Assembly: GCA_031369785.1 (NCBI GenBank)
Contig: JANMPI010000236.1
Span: 1 to 38,749, forward strand
DNA length: 38,749 nt
From: Acidobacteriota bacterium
GTDB taxonomy: Bacteria > Acidobacteriota > Vicinamibacteria > Fen-336
Direction of reading: 5' to 3'
A model generated the notes under the pieces. That model was not told the DNA's origin and searched no databases. It was given only the letters and a program-made list of their open reading frames with translations. A program made the position numbers and the translations under genes. The number at the start of each line of letters is the position of its first letter. Position 1 is the first letter of the stretch. Shown piece after piece: positions 36,788-38,749 of the stretch.

Positions 36788-37858
36788 CTACGGCTCACCA
36801 CCCCCTGCCGACACGATCGGCAGGGGGGCGGGCTTGTAAAGCCGCTGGTAGATGCGCCCGCCGACCGCGGACGCGGAGTGGCCGTTGCCGCCCTTCACCA
36901 GCGTGACGATCACGACCTCGGGCCGGTCCGCGGGGGCGTAGGACGCGAACCAGCCGACGCCGGCGCAGGTCCCCGTCTTTCCCGCGACGATGACGTCGGG
37001 GTCGAACGCATTCGACGCGCTGCCCTCGTTGACCGCCCCCAGGAAGCCATCCGAGAGCCCGCCCAGCACCGTGTTCGGCGGCAGCCGCCACCGCTCGCGG
37101 GGAACGAAGCCGCCCGGACCGCTCACCTGCGGCTGATAGACGATCCCGCCGTTCACCATCGCCGACATCAGGACGGCGATCTGCACCACCGACGTCCTGA
37201 TCCCCGCGGCATGGCTCGAGAGATGTCCGACCCGCGACGGCGGGACCGCCAGCGGAATCTGTCCCGCGTCCTCCCCCTCGAGGTTGATGCCGGTCGCACT
37301 GCCGAGGCCGAGCAGGAATGCGTAACGCTGCACGCGGTCGTAGCCCAGCCGCTCGCCCACGGCCTCGAAAAAGGGATTGCAGGATTGCGCGAGGGCGCGG
37401 CGCAGGTCGATCGGCCCGTGGCCGGGCCACATCCAGCAGCCGCCGTGGCAGTCATGGATCGTCTCCGGCGTCAGGAGGCCCTCCGTGAGGCCGGCCACCG
37501 CGACGACGATCTTGAACACCGAGCACGGCTGGTACGCGCTCGCCAATGCGTCCGCCGGATTGACGATGCTGATCACCCGTCCGGTGTAAGGGTCCATGGC
37601 CACCACCGCGCCGCGCGTCTCGCCGAGCCCGCGGCGGCAGGCTTCGCCGATCTCGAGGTCGCGCGGGGACGCGGACGCGGGCACGACCACGGCGGGTAGG
37701 GAAGAGCGGTGGACGGCGGGGCGGGCCACCGGGCGGCGCGCCGGGCGCGACGCGCGCGTGCGCCTGGCCGCGCCCGCGTCGCCGGAGACGACGAGAAGCG
37801 CGAGCCCGACGGCAAAGCCCCCACGGATGGCGTGCACGGCGTAAGTTAGCATGCCCAT
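36788..37858 (-). CDS. Penicillin-binding transpeptidase-domain-only protein
   Basis: GAVVAMDPYTG, SxxK (PCSVFK), SxN (QSCN), KTG (AGKTGT) and WFASYAP. There is no dimerisation or glycosyltransferase domain. The start could instead be GTG 37837 (leaderless). Confidence 0.87.
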   Translation of the reverse strand: MGMLTYAVHAIRGGFAVGLALLVVSGDAGAARRTRASRPARRPVARPAVHRSSLPAVVVPASASPRDLEIGEACRRGLGETRGAVVAMDPYTGRVISIVNPADALASAYQPCSVFKIVVAVAGLTEGLLTPETIHDCHGGCWMWPGHGPIDLRRALAQSCNPFFEAVGERLGYDRVQRYAFLLGLGSATGINLEGEDAGQIPLAVPPSRVGHLSSHAAGIRTSVVQIAVLMSAMVNGGIVYQPQVSGPGGFVPRERWRLPPNTVLGGLSDGFLGAVNEGSASNAFDPDVIVAGKTGTCAGVGWFASYAPADRPEVVIVTLVKGGNGHSASAVGGRIYQRLYKPAPLPIVSAGGGEP

Positions 37859-37910
37859 GAAACCGCGAGCCGGCAATCGTGCGCCGCGACGGACGCGTTA
37901 GACTGCTGGC

Positions 37911-38243
37911 GTGCGCGCGAACCGGCTCCGGCTGGCCCTGGCCATGGGCGTCCTCGCGGGCGCTCCGCGTGTCGCCGCGCCGGAAGCGCCCACGTACGTG
38001 CTCGCCGGCGAGCTTGCCCGCGTCAGTGTCTCGCGTCAATCGATCACGGTGAAGCTCGCGGGGCCGCCGCCGCGTGAGATCGAGGTGCGCGTCGATCCAG
38101 CCACCGTACTCTCGTCGCGCGGGCGGCCGCTGCGCCTCGCCGACCTCCGCCCGGGGGAGCGCGTCCTCGTGGCCTGCGGCGACGACGCCGCGGGCGTCCA
38201 TCACGCGCAGCGAATCAAGCTGGGCGGCGGCAAGGCGCGCTAG
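37911..38243 (+). CDS. Small secreted hypothetical protein (DUF5666-like OB fold)
   Basis: Signal peptide and the motif LADLRPGERVLV. TAGACT -10 element 6 nt before the GTG. Confidence 0.6.
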   Translation: MRANRLRLALAMGVLAGAPRVAAPEAPTYVLAGELARVSVSRQSITVKLAGPPPREIEVRVDPATVLSSRGRPLRLADLRPGERVLVACGDDAAGVHHAQRIKLGGGKAR

Positions 38244-38270
38244 ACCACTCAAATGAACAAGGAGCCATCG

Positions 38271-38749
38271 ATGGACTTCAGGAAGCTGATCGCGGCGATC
38301 GCCGTGCTGCTCGGCCTCGCCCCCACCGCCGCGCTCGCGCAGAAGTTGGACAAGGAAGCGAAGAAGTGGCTGGAGGACGTGCGGCCGATCCTCCTCGCCG
38401 ACGAGGAGAAGACCTACCGCGAGCTGAAGGACAAGGGCGACCGCGACGAGTTCCAGAAGATCTTCTGGGCGCGGCGCGACCCGAACCCGCAGACGCCGCA
38501 GAACGAGTTCCAGGACGAGTACCTGCGCATGAAGGCGGAAGCCGACGCCCAGTTCCGCGTCGGCGCCACTCGAGGGTCGGAGACCGATTGCGGCCGCGTG
38601 TACATCCTCCTCGGCAAGCCCGACGAGACGAAGGCGGAGGCGGTGGGCGAGACGCCGATGCTGCGCAGCGCGGAGACGTGGACGTACCGGGATCGCCCCG
38701 GGCAGACCTTCACCGGCGGCGCGGCGAAGATCGGCTTCTCCGGCAACTG
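38271..38749 (+). CDS. GWxTD domain protein, partial; runs off the right edge
   Basis: Not in the ORF track. AAGGAG RBS. Manual translation gives MDFRKLIAAIAVLLGLAPTAALAQ...KWLEDV...FWARRDPNP.TPQNEF...GSETDCGRVYILLGKPD...ETWTY. Confidence 0.87.
   Translation, partial: MDFRKLIAAIAVLLGLAPTAALAQKLDKEAKKWLEDVRPILLADEEKTYRELKDKGDRDEFQKIFWARRDPNPQTPQNEFQDEYLRMKAEADAQFRVGATRGSETDCGRVYILLGKPDETKAEAVGETPMLRSAETWTYRDRPGQTFTGGAAKIGFSGN

Overview
A very GC-rich, densely coding bacterial chromosome segment with about 39 genes. I found no rRNA, tRNA, CRISPR array or mobile element. The mix of lpxB, GWxTD, PEGA and kinase-TonB proteins suggests a diderm, probably Acidobacteriota (Vicinamibacteria-like), but that is inference. 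The window has four themes. (1) Signalling: a poly-HAMP sensor kinase (partial), two single-domain REC proteins, a REC-Hpt-like-REC-REC-GGEEF diguanylate cyclase, a tandem PilZ protein and a Ser/Thr kinase-PEGA-TonB_C fusion. (2) B12-dependent methylmalonyl-CoA metabolism: a split mutase large subunit, an acyl-CoA dehydrogenase and a MeaB-epimerase fusion, followed by mtnP and a PfkB kinase. (3) Housekeeping and envelope genes: gatB, ltaE, pepE, lpxB, cls, a GT-C membrane protein and an Aur1/PAP2 protein. (4) Peptide-bond and cell-wall-type enzymes. The best candidate for an undescribed system is at 29629-33060. There, a PafA/Dop-like carboxylate-amine ligase-fold protein, with no Pup/UBact or proteasome genes in the window, follows a class A beta-lactamase-fold hydrolase and an M15-type Zn peptidase, neither of which has a signal peptide. 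It may be linked to an active/inactive L,D-transpeptidase pair coupled to the diguanylate cyclase, because three of these proteins share Arg-rich [ED]RR motifs. Other notable signals are non-canonical start codons in stop overlaps (CTGA, ATAG), many apparently leaderless genes, symmetric bidirectional promoters and back-to-back sigma54-type promoters. All calls come from reading motifs by eye; no database search was run.
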